A stretch of 64,000 bases of DNA from Pseudomonadota bacterium (GCA_016125035.1 WGMN01000016.1:1554-65553); one strand, 5' to 3'. Shown: positions 16,723 to 26,713, counted from the stretch's first letter. Notes: generated from the sequence alone by a model not told the origin. Program-made: numbers and translations.

Positions 16723-18026
16723 CCGCTATAAAAGTGCGGTTTCCCCCCTCGCCAACTGGCAAGATGCACCTGGGAAACGCCCGCACGGCGCTGTTCAACT
16801 GGCTGTTTGCCCGCCATGCCGGTGGTCAATTCCTGCTGCGTATCGAGGATACCGATAAGGAACGCTCCACGCCGGAGAACATTACCTTCATCCATGACGC
16901 GCTGAAGTGGCTGGGCCTTGGCTATGATAACGAGCCCTTCCTGCAAAGCACCCGCCAGTCCCTGCATGTCGAGGCCGCCACCCGCCTGGTGGAACAGGAA
17001 CTCGCCTATAAAGACACCGAGGGCGTCACCCGCTTCAAAGTGCCCGCCGGCGCCACCACCTGGGCCGACCTCGTCCAGGGCGAAATTACTATTGAAAACA
17101 AACAGGTGGAAGACTTCGCCCTGCTGCGCTCCGACGGCTCTCCCACCTACCACCTCGGCGTGGTGATGGACGACATCTTCCAGGGCATCACCCACGTCAT
17201 CCGCGGCGACGACCACATCAACAACACGCCTAAGCAAATCATGCTCTACGCCGCACTGGGCGAGCCGGTGCCCGCCTTCGGCCACCTGCCGCTCATCCTG
17301 GGGCCAGACGGCGAGAAGCTCTCCAAGCGCCACGGCGCCGTCTCCATCCAAGATCTCCGCGCCGAGGGCTACCTGCCCCAGGCCATCTTCAACTTCATGC
17401 TGCGCCTGGGCTGGGGCCACGGCGACCAAGAACTCTTCACGGTTGAAGAAGCCACCGCCGCCTTCGATATCTCCAACGTCTCCAAGGGCCCTGCCCGCTT
17501 CGATGCCGCCAAGCTCAAATGGTACAACCAGCACTACCTCAAAACCCTGCCTTTTGGCCAAATCCTGCCGCACCTGGTGCCTTTCCTGCCCGACGGCGCG
17601 CAAACCCATAAGGCCGACCTGGAGCGCCTCGAGGCCCTGTGGCCAGATCTCACCGCCCGCGCGCAAACCCTGCCGGAAATCGTCACCGCCGCCACCGCCT
17701 TCATTACCGACCCCACCCGCGCCTATACGGCCGAGCACACCGCCATCCTGCTGGAAGGCCACGACGCCCTCCACCACCTTTACGACGCCCTCTCTTCCCT
17801 GCCGGAATGGCAGGAAGAAGCGCTCAAAGCCGCCATCCACCACCAGGTAGAGCACATGGGCGGCAACTTCAAAGCCGTCGGCCGCCCGCTGCGCGTGGCG
17901 CTCACCGCCGCCACCGGCGGGCCCGACCTTGCCCGCATCATGGCGGTTCTCGGCCAGTCAGAGGTTCTGCGCCGCCTCAAGGTTTCCCTCCACCACATCC
18001 ATGAAAACGGCGGCCACCACCACTAA
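16710..18026 (+). CDS. gltX: glutamate--tRNA ligase
   Basis: Class I motifs PSPTGKMHLGNARTA (HIGH-like) and KLSKRHG (KMSKS). 438 aa. Confidence 0.92.
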   Translation: MSATTAIKVRFPPSPTGKMHLGNARTALFNWLFARHAGGQFLLRIEDTDKERSTPENITFIHDALKWLGLGYDNEPFLQSTRQSLHVEAATRLVEQELAYKDTEGVTRFKVPAGATTWADLVQGEITIENKQVEDFALLRSDGSPTYHLGVVMDDIFQGITHVIRGDDHINNTPKQIMLYAALGEPVPAFGHLPLILGPDGEKLSKRHGAVSIQDLRAEGYLPQAIFNFMLRLGWGHGDQELFTVEEATAAFDISNVSKGPARFDAAKLKWYNQHYLKTLPFGQILPHLVPFLPDGAQTHKADLERLEALWPDLTARAQTLPEIVTAATAFITDPTRAYTAEHTAILLEGHDALHHLYDALSSLPEWQEEALKAAIHHQVEHMGGNFKAVGRPLRVALTAATGGPDLARIMAVLGQSEVLRRLKVSLHHIHENGGHHH

Positions 18027-18162
18027 TCATGGTCTTTGCCCTTCCCCGGTGGTGCAGCGCCAGCCCAAAAGGGCCTCGCCGCAACGCTTTCCCTCAGCAC
18101 TTGTACACAGTTTTAGTGTATGTAAATCAGTAAGATAAACGAAAAAGGCTTGTAAAACACCT

Positions 18163-19092
18163 TTGCGCCCCTATCTCACCCCCATGAATCCGCTTACCCG
18201 CGTCGTCTCCGCCCTGGTGGCCCTGTTCCTCACCACCTCCTGGGCCCATATCACCACCACCTCTGCCGCCACGCCAGACGTGCTGGGCTATACCGGCGTC
18301 GTCGGCGCCAAAGCCAAGGGCCTGCCGCTCTCCTGCGGCGGCAAATATAACCCCGAGGCCCCGGTGGCCTTTCATGCCACCCTGCCCTGCGGCAGCAAAA
18401 TCACCCTGCTTAACCCGCAAACCGGCGCCCAGGTCATCCTGCCGGTGGTCAACAACAACGTCATGTTCACGGCGGAGGACGGCCGGGTGGCCGATATCTC
18501 CCCCGCCGCTGCGCGCCAACTGGGGCTCGACGACCAGGCAGACGAAGCCGCCCAGGTGGTGCTGCGCCAGGGCGCCAGCGTCATGGCCATTGCCCCCGCG
18601 CAGGCCCTGCCCGCTCCGGCCGCCCGCAAGCTCAACCAGCGCGATTTCAAAACCCTCACCAACACCCTGCTGGGCGAGTGCGCCTCCTGCGGCCAGCTCG
18701 GCATGGTGGCGGTGGCGCAGATCATCCAAAACCGGCTGGATTCCGCCTTCGGTGGCGCTTCTTCCATCCACGCCGTGGTGCACCAGCCCAAGCAATTCAG
18801 CTACCTGCAACTCAACCCCAGCCTCAAGGGCATGGCCGGCGCCCGGCCAGAGGCCGAGCACACCGCGCGCCTGTTCATGCAGGGCCGCCTGTCGGGAGAA
18901 GCTCTGGCCGTGCAGTACCGCGTCGGGCCCAACGCCATGTTTTATTACGCTTTTAACATCATGAAGACGCCCAAATGGGGTCGCAGCGCCAAACTGCAAA
19001 TGGTGGTGATGCCGCAAAAGCTTGAAAATGAGCTCGGCCACCGCTTCTACGCCCACCGCCTGGCCGCAAATACCCAAATCGCCAGCCGCTAA
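18163..19092 (+). CDS. secreted RlpA-like double-psi beta-barrel domain fused to a SleB-type cell wall hydrolase domain
   Basis: Signal peptide. CGGKYNPEAPVAFHATLPCGSKITLLNPQTG...ADISPAAARQLG is RlpA/DPBB-like. LLGECASCGQLGMVAVAQIIQNRL...VVHQPKQFSY is Hydrolase_2/SleB-like. Confidence 0.7.
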   Translation: MRPYLTPMNPLTRVVSALVALFLTTSWAHITTTSAATPDVLGYTGVVGAKAKGLPLSCGGKYNPEAPVAFHATLPCGSKITLLNPQTGAQVILPVVNNNVMFTAEDGRVADISPAAARQLGLDDQADEAAQVVLRQGASVMAIAPAQALPAPAARKLNQRDFKTLTNTLLGECASCGQLGMVAVAQIIQNRLDSAFGGASSIHAVVHQPKQFSYLQLNPSLKGMAGARPEAEHTARLFMQGRLSGEALAVQYRVGPNAMFYYAFNIMKTPKWGRSAKLQMVVMPQKLENELGHRFYAHRLAANTQIASR

Positions 19093-19207
19093 CCACCTCC
19101 GGGCTTGAAAAAAGCCCCTCCCGCGCCTATCTATAACCCCAACAAGGGCCCCTCGCCCTTAGTGCCACATTTGTGTTTTGTAACCCGCGTACCTTGGGAG
19201 TAACCCT

Positions 19208-20011
19208 ATGCGTATCTTGCGTAAAATCTTCTTCGGCCCGGAACTCGCCTATGAGGTCCGGAAAGTTGACAAGGGCAATGTGCTGCATTGCAAAAAGCCC
19301 TCCAAAGCTTTGCGTACGAGCCTCCACCTTGCAAGTCACTTGGCCATCGCCGTCATTGTCGGCTTGCCGATTATGATGGGTTTTCTGCAAATCCGTGCCA
19401 AGGCCATCCAAAGTCGGGCGGATGAAGCTCGTGCGACAGAACTCGCGCACCAGCAGCAAATCGCCAAGGATAGCTACTGCCTTGCGCGGACGCTGTACTT
19501 CGAGGCTTCCAGCAAGCCTCACAGTGAAGGCGACCTCACCGACATGTTGGCCATCGGCCAAGATATCGTTGAACGTGTGGCCTCCAACGCCTACGCCGAA
19601 ACTGTTTGCGGTGTGGTGAATGAGGTTCGCACTAGCAAAGTGACGGGGGAGGACGTGGCCATGTACAGCTACACCTTCGACCGCCGCGGCACACCGCAAG
19701 GCCATAAATGGGTAAAGGCCCAAATCGTGGCCAAATACCTGTTGAAAGACTGGCAGACGAACGGTCGCAACTTCCAGTACTACCCGGAAGTTCGTCGTCT
19801 GGCGTCTCACTCTGTCAACTACCACGCGGAAGGCGTTCGCCCTTACTGGGCCAAGGCCGACGTAGACAACTGCCGTCTCTTGCCGCTTGGCAAGATCGGC
19901 GCGCACTACCACTATGCCAACTTCCGTGAAGTGGATAAAGCCGGCTACGAAGCCTGTCGTGTCCGCCGCTATGCGACTTACAGCCGTAGCCAGCACGTCG
20001 CTGGCCGCTGA
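19208..20011 (+). CDS. membrane-anchored SleB-family cell wall hydrolase
   Basis: N-terminal transmembrane helix. CLARTLYFEASSKPHSEGDLTDMLAIGQDIVERV...VCGVVNE matches the Hydrolase_2 pattern. Confidence 0.7.
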   Translation: MRILRKIFFGPELAYEVRKVDKGNVLHCKKPSKALRTSLHLASHLAIAVIVGLPIMMGFLQIRAKAIQSRADEARATELAHQQQIAKDSYCLARTLYFEASSKPHSEGDLTDMLAIGQDIVERVASNAYAETVCGVVNEVRTSKVTGEDVAMYSYTFDRRGTPQGHKWVKAQIVAKYLLKDWQTNGRNFQYYPEVRRLASHSVNYHAEGVRPYWAKADVDNCRLLPLGKIGAHYHYANFREVDKAGYEACRVRRYATYSRSQHVAGR

Positions 20012-20051
20012 TTGAATCCGGGAAAGACAGAAGTCTCCCCCGAACCTCGAC

Positions 20052-20090
20052 AAACAAAACAACCACCCAGAAGGGTGGTTGTTTTGTTTT
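20052..20090. terminator. bidirectional intrinsic terminator
   Basis: aaacaaaacaaccaccc-agaa-gggtggttgttttgtttt, a 17-bp stem between convergent genes. Confidence 0.8.
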
Positions 20091-20097
20091 CCAAGCC

Positions 20098-21411
20098 CTA
20101 CCGTTTCGGCAAAGGCACCACATCACGCCGCACCGGCCCGGTATAAAGTTGCCGCGGCCGGCCGATTTTCTGTTCCGGCTCGCCGATCATCTCCATCCAG
20201 TGCGCAATCCACCCGGTGGTGCGGGCCAGCGCAAACAGGCAGGTGAACATCGGCGTGGGGATGCCGATGGCCCGCAAGATGATGCCAGAGTAAAAATCCA
20301 CGTTGGGGTAAAGCTTGCGCTCAATAAAGTACGGGTCGCTCAGCGCCACTTCTTCCAGCCGCAACGCCACATCCAGCGCCGGGTCGCTTACATTCAGCTC
20401 CTTCAACACGTCGTGGCAGGTCTCGCGCATAATCTTGGCGCGCGGGTCAAAGTTCTTATAAACGCGGTGACCAAAGCCCATCAGTTTGGTGTCGCTCAAC
20501 TTGTCTTTTACTTTGTCGATGAACGCCGGCACGTTCTTCTCGTTCTTAATCTCCTGCAACATCTTCAGCACTGCCTCGTTGGCGCCGCCGTGCAACGGCC
20601 CCCACAGGGTGGCCACACCTGCGGCAATGCACGCAAACGGGTTGGCGCCGCTGCTGCCTGCCAGGCGCACGGTGCTGGTGCTGGCGTTCTGCTCGTGGTC
20701 GGCATGCAGGGTAAAGATGCGGTCCATCGCCTGTTCAACAATGGGGTTCACCTCATAGTCCTTGGTGGGCACGGCAAACATCATGCGCAAAAAGTTCCCC
20801 GCGTAACTCAGGTTGTTATCCGGGTACATAAACGGCTGGCCCATGCTGTACTTGTGCGCCATCGCCACCAGAGTCGGCATCTTGGCAATCAGGCGGTAGG
20901 CGGTCACCTCGCGGTGGCGGGGGTTATGGATGTCGGTGCTGTCGTGATAAAAACTCGCCAACGCCCCGGTCACCCCGCACAAAATGCTCATCGGGTGCGC
21001 GTCTGGCCTAAAGCCGTGGTAAAAGGTGGCCACCTGCTCATGCACCATGGTGTGGTCCATCACGGTGTCTTCAAACTCTTCCAGCTGGGCGCGGTTGGGC
21101 AGCTCGCCAAACAACAGCAGATAGCACACTTCCAGGTAGCTGCTCTTTTCCGCCAACTGCTCGATCGGGTAGCCGCGATAAAGCAACTCGCCCTTGTCGC
21201 CATCAATGTAGGTAATGCCGCTCTGGCACGCGGCGGTGCTCATAAAGCCCGGGTCATAGGTAAATTTTCCGGTGTTCTTGTAAAGGGCGCGCACGTCCAG
21301 CACATCAGGGCCCACGGTGCCGTGCAAAACCGGCAGCGTCACGCTCATGTCATTGCCAGAACCCTTATTGTCCCCTGCCCCGCCATTCTTCAACTTAACC
21401 ACATTCGCCAT
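20098..21411 (-). CDS. gltA: citrate synthase
   Basis: 437 aa. Motifs [18 protein letters not shown] and ARTTGW. Confidence 0.95.
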   Translation of the reverse strand: MANVVKLKNGGAGDNKGSGNDMSVTLPVLHGTVGPDVLDVRALYKNTGKFTYDPGFMSTAACQSGITYIDGDKGELLYRGYPIEQLAEKSSYLEVCYLLLFGELPNRAQLEEFEDTVMDHTMVHEQVATFYHGFRPDAHPMSILCGVTGALASFYHDSTDIHNPRHREVTAYRLIAKMPTLVAMAHKYSMGQPFMYPDNNLSYAGNFLRMMFAVPTKDYEVNPIVEQAMDRIFTLHADHEQNASTSTVRLAGSSGANPFACIAAGVATLWGPLHGGANEAVLKMLQEIKNEKNVPAFIDKVKDKLSDTKLMGFGHRVYKNFDPRAKIMRETCHDVLKELNVSDPALDVALRLEEVALSDPYFIERKLYPNVDFYSGIILRAIGIPTPMFTCLFALARTTGWIAHWMEMIGEPEQKIGRPRQLYTGPVRRDVVPLPKR

Positions 21412-21447
21412 AATCCAGGGGCCTTTCTTATCTTCTTGTGTTGGGCC

Positions 21448-21477
21448 ATCCTACGCTGCACTGCACAATATGGTCAA
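21448..21477 (-). promoter_or_regulatory. candidate sigma70-type promoter of gltA
   Basis: On the minus strand, TTGACC-18 nt-TAGGAT in the only AT-richer stretch upstream of gltA. Confidence 0.3.
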
Positions 21478-21529
21478 CTGTTGCCAAACCCTGCTGCTCA
21501 AGTTATCTCTTTTGCTCTGCATTATGCGA

Positions 21530-21979
21530 AACACCCCTCCCACCGGAGGACTCCTTTGTTGATAAGCCCAGCCAGGTACTTGCCCTGCGCAAGGCCTCCC
21601 AGGCAACAACACCCTTCCGGTGGTGCCCTCGGCATCAGGACGTCGGCGGCGGGCCTCCAACCCCGCCGCCTGTGAAGAGCCCTCCCTTGGAAAGCACCGC
21701 CCATAAGCGGCTGCGGAAAGGGAAGCGGATCTCCTGAAAGGCGCGGCGCCAATGCCGCACCTTACCCTTCTGCAGAAGGGCTGTGCGAGGGCGAAGGCCC
21801 GCGTGATGAAGGACGTAGTACGCTGCGAAAAGCCGTGGGGAGCCACGAACACGCATTGATCCACGGATATCCGATGGGAAAACCTAACCGAGAGACGCAA
21901 TCCTAAGGTTCGTCCCAGGTGCGCTATCTTCCAATCGGTTACCGGCCGGCCTGCGGGCCTGCCGGAAGCACGGGCCTGC
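21530..21979. other. about 450 nt of GC-rich non-coding, hairpin-dense sequence (candidate structured RNA, identity unknown)
   Basis: No protein-like ORF; the six-frame ORFs here are Arg/Pro/Gly-rich shadows. Perfect hairpins at 21645-21670 and a 16-nt palindrome at 21765-21780. Confidence 0.3.
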
Positions 21980-22009
21980 AACGGCGCCACCCCACGCGGT
22001 GGCGCCGTT
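21980..22009 (-). terminator. hairpin directly downstream of the dnaE stop (no U-tract)
   Basis: aacggcgccacc-ccacgc-ggtggcgccgtt, 8 nt from the dnaE stop codon. Confidence 0.4.
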
Positions 22010-22016
22010 CGCGCGT

Positions 22017-25000
22017 TTAGCGCACTCCCACCCCACTCAGCCCGCGCAAATTTGCCAGCATGCTGGCACTTACCCCCAACGTGCCGGGCAGCTTCACCAC
22101 CGCCTCGCCCTGGCCGCTTGCCACAATCAACTTCACCCGCGTGGCACCTTTACCCGCGCCGTCCAACAACCCCTTCACCTGGCCCATCACTTTCGGGTCG
22201 GCCACGGTAATCACCAGTTCGCGGCGCTCGCCCAGCACCTCTTCCAGCAACCGCGCGCCGTCGGCACTTATGCGCAAGCGCTCGCCGTCCTGGCTCACCT
22301 TCACCGTCACCACCAGCGGCTGCCCGCCCTCCAGCAAGCGCTGGCAGGCGGCGTATGTCTCGGGGAAGAACGCCACCTCCCCCTGCCCGGTGGCATCGCT
22401 CATGGTCACAATGCCCATGCGGTTGCCGGTCTTGGTCTTCACTTCCCTTATGCCGTGCACAATCCCCGCCACGCGGCAACTGCCGCCGCCGCCCGCGGCA
22501 AAATCGGCAATGTCGTGCCAGCCCTTCAGGCTCGCCAGCCGCGCTAGTTCGTCGGCAAAGGCACTCATCGGGTGCGCGCTTAAATAAAAGCCCACCGCCT
22601 CTGCCTCGTGCTGCAAACGGGTCAGATAATTCCACGCCTCTCCCGCCACACACGCCGCCTGATAAGGCGCCGCATCCACACTCACATCCCCGCCGCCGAA
22701 CAAACTCCCCTGCCCGCTTTCCCGCGCCTCGGCACTGTCTCCACCATAAGCCAGCAACGTGTCCATGTTCGCCCACAACCAGTCCCGCCGAGGCTCCAAA
22801 CTGTCAAACACACCACCCTTAATAAGCACTTCCAATTGCCGCCTGTTCAAGGCGCTGGGCGCCACCCGCGCCATCACCTCCCACACACTCTTAAACGGCC
22901 CGTTCTTTCTCCGCTCCTCCACCAACACCCGCATCGCCTCCTCTCCGGCCCCCTTCAAAGCCGCCAAAGCATGCCGCACAGCCTCTCCCCCCTGCGACCC
23001 CGCGACCCCGCTACCCCGCAACCTTTCCACCGCAAACATCACCTCACTCGCATTCACATCCGGCGGAAGCAGCGCAATGCCCATCTTCCCCAGTTCCACC
23101 TTGTAGCGCAGCAGCTTGTCGTGGTTGCCGCGGTCATAGGTCATGGTGGCGGCCATAAACTCATGCGGGTAGTGCGCCTTTAAATAGGCTGTCTGATAAC
23201 TGATCAGCGCATAGGCCATGCTGTGCGCCTTGTTAAAACCATACCCCGCAAAGGTCTCCATCAACCCGAAGATGCGCGTGGAGGTCTCCTCATCCACACC
23301 ATGGTGCTCCTTGGCACCTGCCACAAACTTGGCCTTCTCCTTGGCCATTTCTTCGGGCAGCTTTTTCCCCATCGCGCGGCGCAGCATGTCGGCACCACCC
23401 AGGGTGTAACCACCCATCACGCGCGCCATCTGCATCACCTGCTCCTGATAAACTGCGATGCCAAAGGTCACCTTCAAGGTCTCCTCCAGCAGCGGGTGGG
23501 GGTACTGCGCCTCCTCCTGCCCCAACCGCACACGCAGGTACTGCGGGATAAGGTCCATCGGTCCCGGCCGGTAAAGGGCAATCAGCGCGCTCAACGCTTC
23601 CATATCGTCGGCGCGCATCTTCTTGGTCAGCTCGGTCATGCCCGCGCCTTCAATCTGGAAAACCCCGGTGGTCGCGCCTTCCTTCAGCATCTCAAAGGTG
23701 GCTTTGTCCTTCAAATCGACGTGCATGATGTCAAACCCGGGCTGCTTGGTCTCCCTCACCATCACCTCCGCGGCGCGGATAACACTCAGCGTCTTCAACC
23801 CCAAAAAGTCGAATTTCACCAGCCCCGCATACTCCACGTCTTTCATGGAAAACTGCGTCACCGGCATGTGGCTCCGCGGGTCCACAAACAACCCGCACAC
23901 TTCGGCAATCGGCCGGTCGGTAATAATCACTCCCGCCGCGTGCGTGCTGGCATGGCGGTAGCACCCTTCCAGTTGCAAGGCGGTGTCTACCAGGCGCTTC
24001 ACATCTTCTTCGTTGTCGTAGCGCTCGCGCAGACGCTCGTCGTTTTCAAACACTTCGGCAATCGGCGGCGGGTTGGCGCCGTCGGGTATCAGCGCCGCCA
24101 CCTGCCCCACAAAACCGTAGGGCAAACCCAGCACACGCCCCACATCGCGCAAACACGCCCGCGCTTTTAATGTCCCAAAGGTTATAATGTGCGCCACCCG
24201 GTCATGGCCGAACCGCTCACGCGTATAGGCGATCACCTCATCCCGCCTGTCTTGGCAAAAGTCCACGTCAAAGTCGGGCAGGCTCACCCGCTCCGGGTTC
24301 AAGAAGCGCTCAAAATAAAGCTCCCAGCGCAACGGGTCCAGGTCGGTGATCTCCAAACTCCACGCCACCAAACTTCCCGCCCCACTTCCGCGCCCCGGCC
24401 CCACCGGTATGCCATTACGCTTCGCCCAGCGGATAAAGTCCGAGGTGATAAGGAAATACCCCGGGAAGCCCATCTTGATAATCACATCCAGCTCATAAGC
24501 CAGCTGCTTCTCATAATTCTCCTTCGCCGCCGCCTTGGCTTCCTCGCCATCACACCGTGGATAAACATATTCCTCCAACCGCCGCACCAACCCCGCCTGC
24601 GCCTCGCGGCGGATAACCTCTTCCACCGGCGTATCACCGTCAAACTCCCACTTGGGCATAAACATCTGCTTCACCTTCACCTCGGGGATGAGGTAGGCGC
24701 AGCGCAACGCAACCTGCACGGTGTTGGCGCAGGCTTCGGGCAGGTCGGCAAAGGCCGCCAGCATGTCCTTCTCGCTGCGCAGACAATGGTTCGCGCTAAA
24801 CCTCCTGCGCGCCGGATCATCCATGGTGGTGCTGTCTCCAATGCCCACCAGCACTTCAAAGGCTTCGCGGTCGGCGGGCTTTAAAAAGCGCACGTCATTG
24901 GTGGCCACCAGCGGCAATTTTTTCTCCGCCGCAAAGGCGCGCAGCACACGCTCCATCTCTCTTTCGCGCAGGGCCATCTCGGCAAAGCCGTCTTCTTCCT

Positions 25001-25550
25001 GCCCGCGATAATGCCGCTCCAGCTGCACATAAAACCTGTCGCCAAAAGCCGCCAGCAAGGGCGCCATGTAGGCCTCCAGCCGCCCCTCCTTCACCCCCAG
25101 CGCACTCAACCCCCGCCCGTAGGCACCACTTAGCGCAATCAACCCCGCACTCAATTCAACCACACGGCCCAATTCCACGCCCGCATCCCCTGCGGTCAAC
25201 TTGCGCTCCTGGCTCTCGCTCACCAGCCGCGCCAAATTCTTCCACCCCACCTCGCTCTGCACCAGCAAAGTCAAAAATCCCACCGGAGCCCGGGCCGCAG
25301 GCCCGTCCCCGAATCCCGAATCCCGAATTCCGACCACCGGTAACTCACACCCCAAAACCGGCTGCACCTTGTTGGCGGGCAACGCCTTGCTCACCTCCAC
25401 CGCGCCAAACAAATTCCCCAAATCGCAAACACCTGCCGCCGCCCACCCCTGCTCGCCCAGCTTCTTGCCCAGCTTTTTAACCGGCACCATGCCTTCCAAC
25501 AGGCTAAAACTGCTCTTGCACGTTAAGTGAATAAACCCCGGCATCCCCAT
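22017..25550 (-). CDS. dnaE: DNA polymerase III alpha subunit
   Basis: 1177 aa with an N-terminal PHP domain (FIHLTCKSSFSLLEG), polymerase core and OB fold. Carries two in-frame repeat insertions. Confidence 0.95.
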   Translation of the reverse strand: MGMPGFIHLTCKSSFSLLEGMVPVKKLGKKLGEQGWAAAGVCDLGNLFGAVEVSKALPANKVQPVLGCELPVVGIRDSGFGDGPAARAPVGFLTLLVQSEVGWKNLARLVSESQERKLTAGDAGVELGRVVELSAGLIALSGAYGRGLSALGVKEGRLEAYMAPLLAAFGDRFYVQLERHYRGQEEDGFAEMALREREMERVLRAFAAEKKLPLVATNDVRFLKPADREAFEVLVGIGDSTTMDDPARRRFSANHCLRSEKDMLAAFADLPEACANTVQVALRCAYLIPEVKVKQMFMPKWEFDGDTPVEEVIRREAQAGLVRRLEEYVYPRCDGEEAKAAAKENYEKQLAYELDVIIKMGFPGYFLITSDFIRWAKRNGIPVGPGRGSGAGSLVAWSLEITDLDPLRWELYFERFLNPERVSLPDFDVDFCQDRRDEVIAYTRERFGHDRVAHIITFGTLKARACLRDVGRVLGLPYGFVGQVAALIPDGANPPPIAEVFENDERLRERYDNEEDVKRLVDTALQLEGCYRHASTHAAGVIITDRPIAEVCGLFVDPRSHMPVTQFSMKDVEYAGLVKFDFLGLKTLSVIRAAEVMVRETKQPGFDIMHVDLKDKATFEMLKEGATTGVFQIEGAGMTELTKKMRADDMEALSALIALYRPGPMDLIPQYLRVRLGQEEAQYPHPLLEETLKVTFGIAVYQEQVMQMARVMGGYTLGGADMLRRAMGKKLPEEMAKEKAKFVAGAKEHHGVDEETSTRIFGLMETFAGYGFNKAHSMAYALISYQTAYLKAHYPHEFMAATMTYDRGNHDKLLRYKVELGKMGIALLPPDVNASEVMFAVERLRGSGVAGSQGGEAVRHALAALKGAGEEAMRVLVEERRKNGPFKSVWEVMARVAPSALNRRQLEVLIKGGVFDSLEPRRDWLWANMDTLLAYGGDSAEARESGQGSLFGGGDVSVDAAPYQAACVAGEAWNYLTRLQHEAEAVGFYLSAHPMSAFADELARLASLKGWHDIADFAAGGGGSCRVAGIVHGIREVKTKTGNRMGIVTMSDATGQGEVAFFPETYAACQRLLEGGQPLVVTVKVSQDGERLRISADGARLLEEVLGERRELVITVADPKVMGQVKGLLDGAGKGATRVKLIVASGQGEAVVKLPGTLGVSASMLANLRGLSGVGVR
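22990..23023. repeat. octamer tandem repeat CCCCGCGA-type x4 (coding sense TCGCGGGG), in frame in dnaE
   Basis: ccctgcgaccccgcgaccccgctaccccgcaacc encodes RLRGSGVAGSQGGE. Confidence 0.9.
25308..25333. repeat. heptamer tandem repeat CCCGAAT x3 (coding sense ATTCGGG), in frame in dnaE
   Basis: cccgaatcccgaatcccgaattccga encodes VGIRDSGFGDGP in the N-terminal region. Confidence 0.9.
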
Positions 25551-25647
25551 CCCTCCACTCTAACCGCAAACCCCCACCCCACCAAGCCGGAAACACCTTG
25601 CTCTAAGCCTTTTATTTACCTTTGCTCACCGGTGTGTTAAATCACGA

Positions 25648-26007
25648 CCGTCAGGTCCAGATGCATCAGAACGAGGGATAGCATCGTTTCAAAGGATGGG
25701 CGGCTGCGCCACACAGGGCAAAGAGCCCTCGGTACAAAAGCCCATTGATATTCTTGCGGTATGGCCCGCCTTCTCCTGAGCGTGCTGCGCACACGTTCTA
25801 TCGAGGGAGGCCTTTCTCACCGCAGGAAAGAACACACCGCCCGCCACAGCAATGTGGTCGCGGCCCTAAAAAGGGCGGGACGGCACTTGTGTTCTACGCG
25901 TCGGGCAGTCCCCGTCGTGATAACCGCTCAAACAGTGCCAGCCGGCATCGAAGGGGTATTTCCGGGTCGCTCCCGGGGACGTCATCGATGCCGGCCCCTC
26001 ATTTTTT
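25648..26007 (+). ncRNA. candidate stand-alone structured RNA of about 360 nt (identity unknown)
   Basis: Promoter-like TTTACC-16-TTAAAT at 25615-25642. Ends in a long branched hairpin (25941-25995) plus TTTTTT (26002-26007) on the plus strand. There is no credible ORF, and the T-run overlaps the lolD stop. Confidence 0.35.
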
Positions 26008-26713
26008 AAACCAGCCGCCCTTCTTCCATCCGCAAAATCACATCGCAGCGCTCCGCCAACGCCACATTGTGCGTCACAATCAGCGCACTCAGCCCTTCAT
26101 TGCGCACCAGACCAAACAGCAAATCCACCACACTTTCTGCGGTGTGCGGGTCCAAATTCCCCGTCGGCTCATCCGCCAGCAACAACTTCGGCCAGTTCAT
26201 CAACGCGCGCGCCAACGCCACCCGCTGCTGCTCGCCACCGCTCATCTGATGGGGGTAATGCTCCACCCGCTTGCCCAGCCCCACCGCCTTCAAAAGCTCC
26301 TCCGCGCGCAGCTTCAACGCCCTGCGCTCTCCCTTGCCGCCGATCAACGCCGGCATCATCACATTCTCTCGCGCATCAAACTCGCGCAGCAGGTGATGGT
26401 ATTGATAAACAAACCCGAAGTGCGCATTGCGTATGGCTGAAATTTCCGCATCACTGCGCCCGGCCGCCGCCACGCCCATCACCTTCACCTGGCCTTTGTC
26501 CGGGGCGTCCAGCAACCCCGCCACATGCAGCAGGGTGCTCTTGCCAGAACCACTTGGCCCCACAATCGCCACGGTCTGCCCCGCACGCACACTCAAATCC
26601 ACCCCATGCAAAACATCCACCTTGGCCGCCCCATCACCATACCAGAGCTGCACCCCCTCCAACTCCAACACGGCTTGGCCTGAACCCGTCCCCATTCCTT
26701 TTCTCTTACCCAC
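26006..26713 (-). CDS. lolD: lipoprotein-releasing ABC transporter ATP-binding protein
   Basis: Walker [10 protein letters not shown], signature [15 protein letters not shown] and Walker [13 protein letters not shown]. Lies adjacent to the LolC/E permease. Confidence 0.9.
   Translation of the reverse strand: MGKRKGMGTGSGQAVLELEGVQLWYGDGAAKVDVLHGVDLSVRAGQTVAIVGPSGSGKSTLLHVAGLLDAPDKGQVKVMGVAAAGRSDAEISAIRNAHFGFVYQYHHLLREFDARENVMMPALIGGKGERRALKLRAEELLKAVGLGKRVEHYPHQMSGGEQQRVALARALMNWPKLLLADEPTGNLDPHTAESVVDLLFGLVRNEGLSALIVTHNVALAERCDVILRMEEGRLV

Noticed and set aside
21530-21979. RNase P RNA or tmRNA in the dnaE-gltA spacer.
   Set aside because: I searched both strands by eye for GGAAAGUCC and ACAGAA..GGCUUA (P4), for a GGUUCGA..CC T-arm followed by ACCA, and for a tag ORF ending in Ala-Ala-stop. 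None was found. It is kept only as an unidentified structured region.
25745-26440. 231-aa and 82-aa plus-strand ORFs (25745..26440, 25761..26009).
   Set aside because: They are Arg/Pro/His-rich with no Shine-Dalgarno. The long one runs antisense through lolD. These are typical high-GC shadow ORFs.
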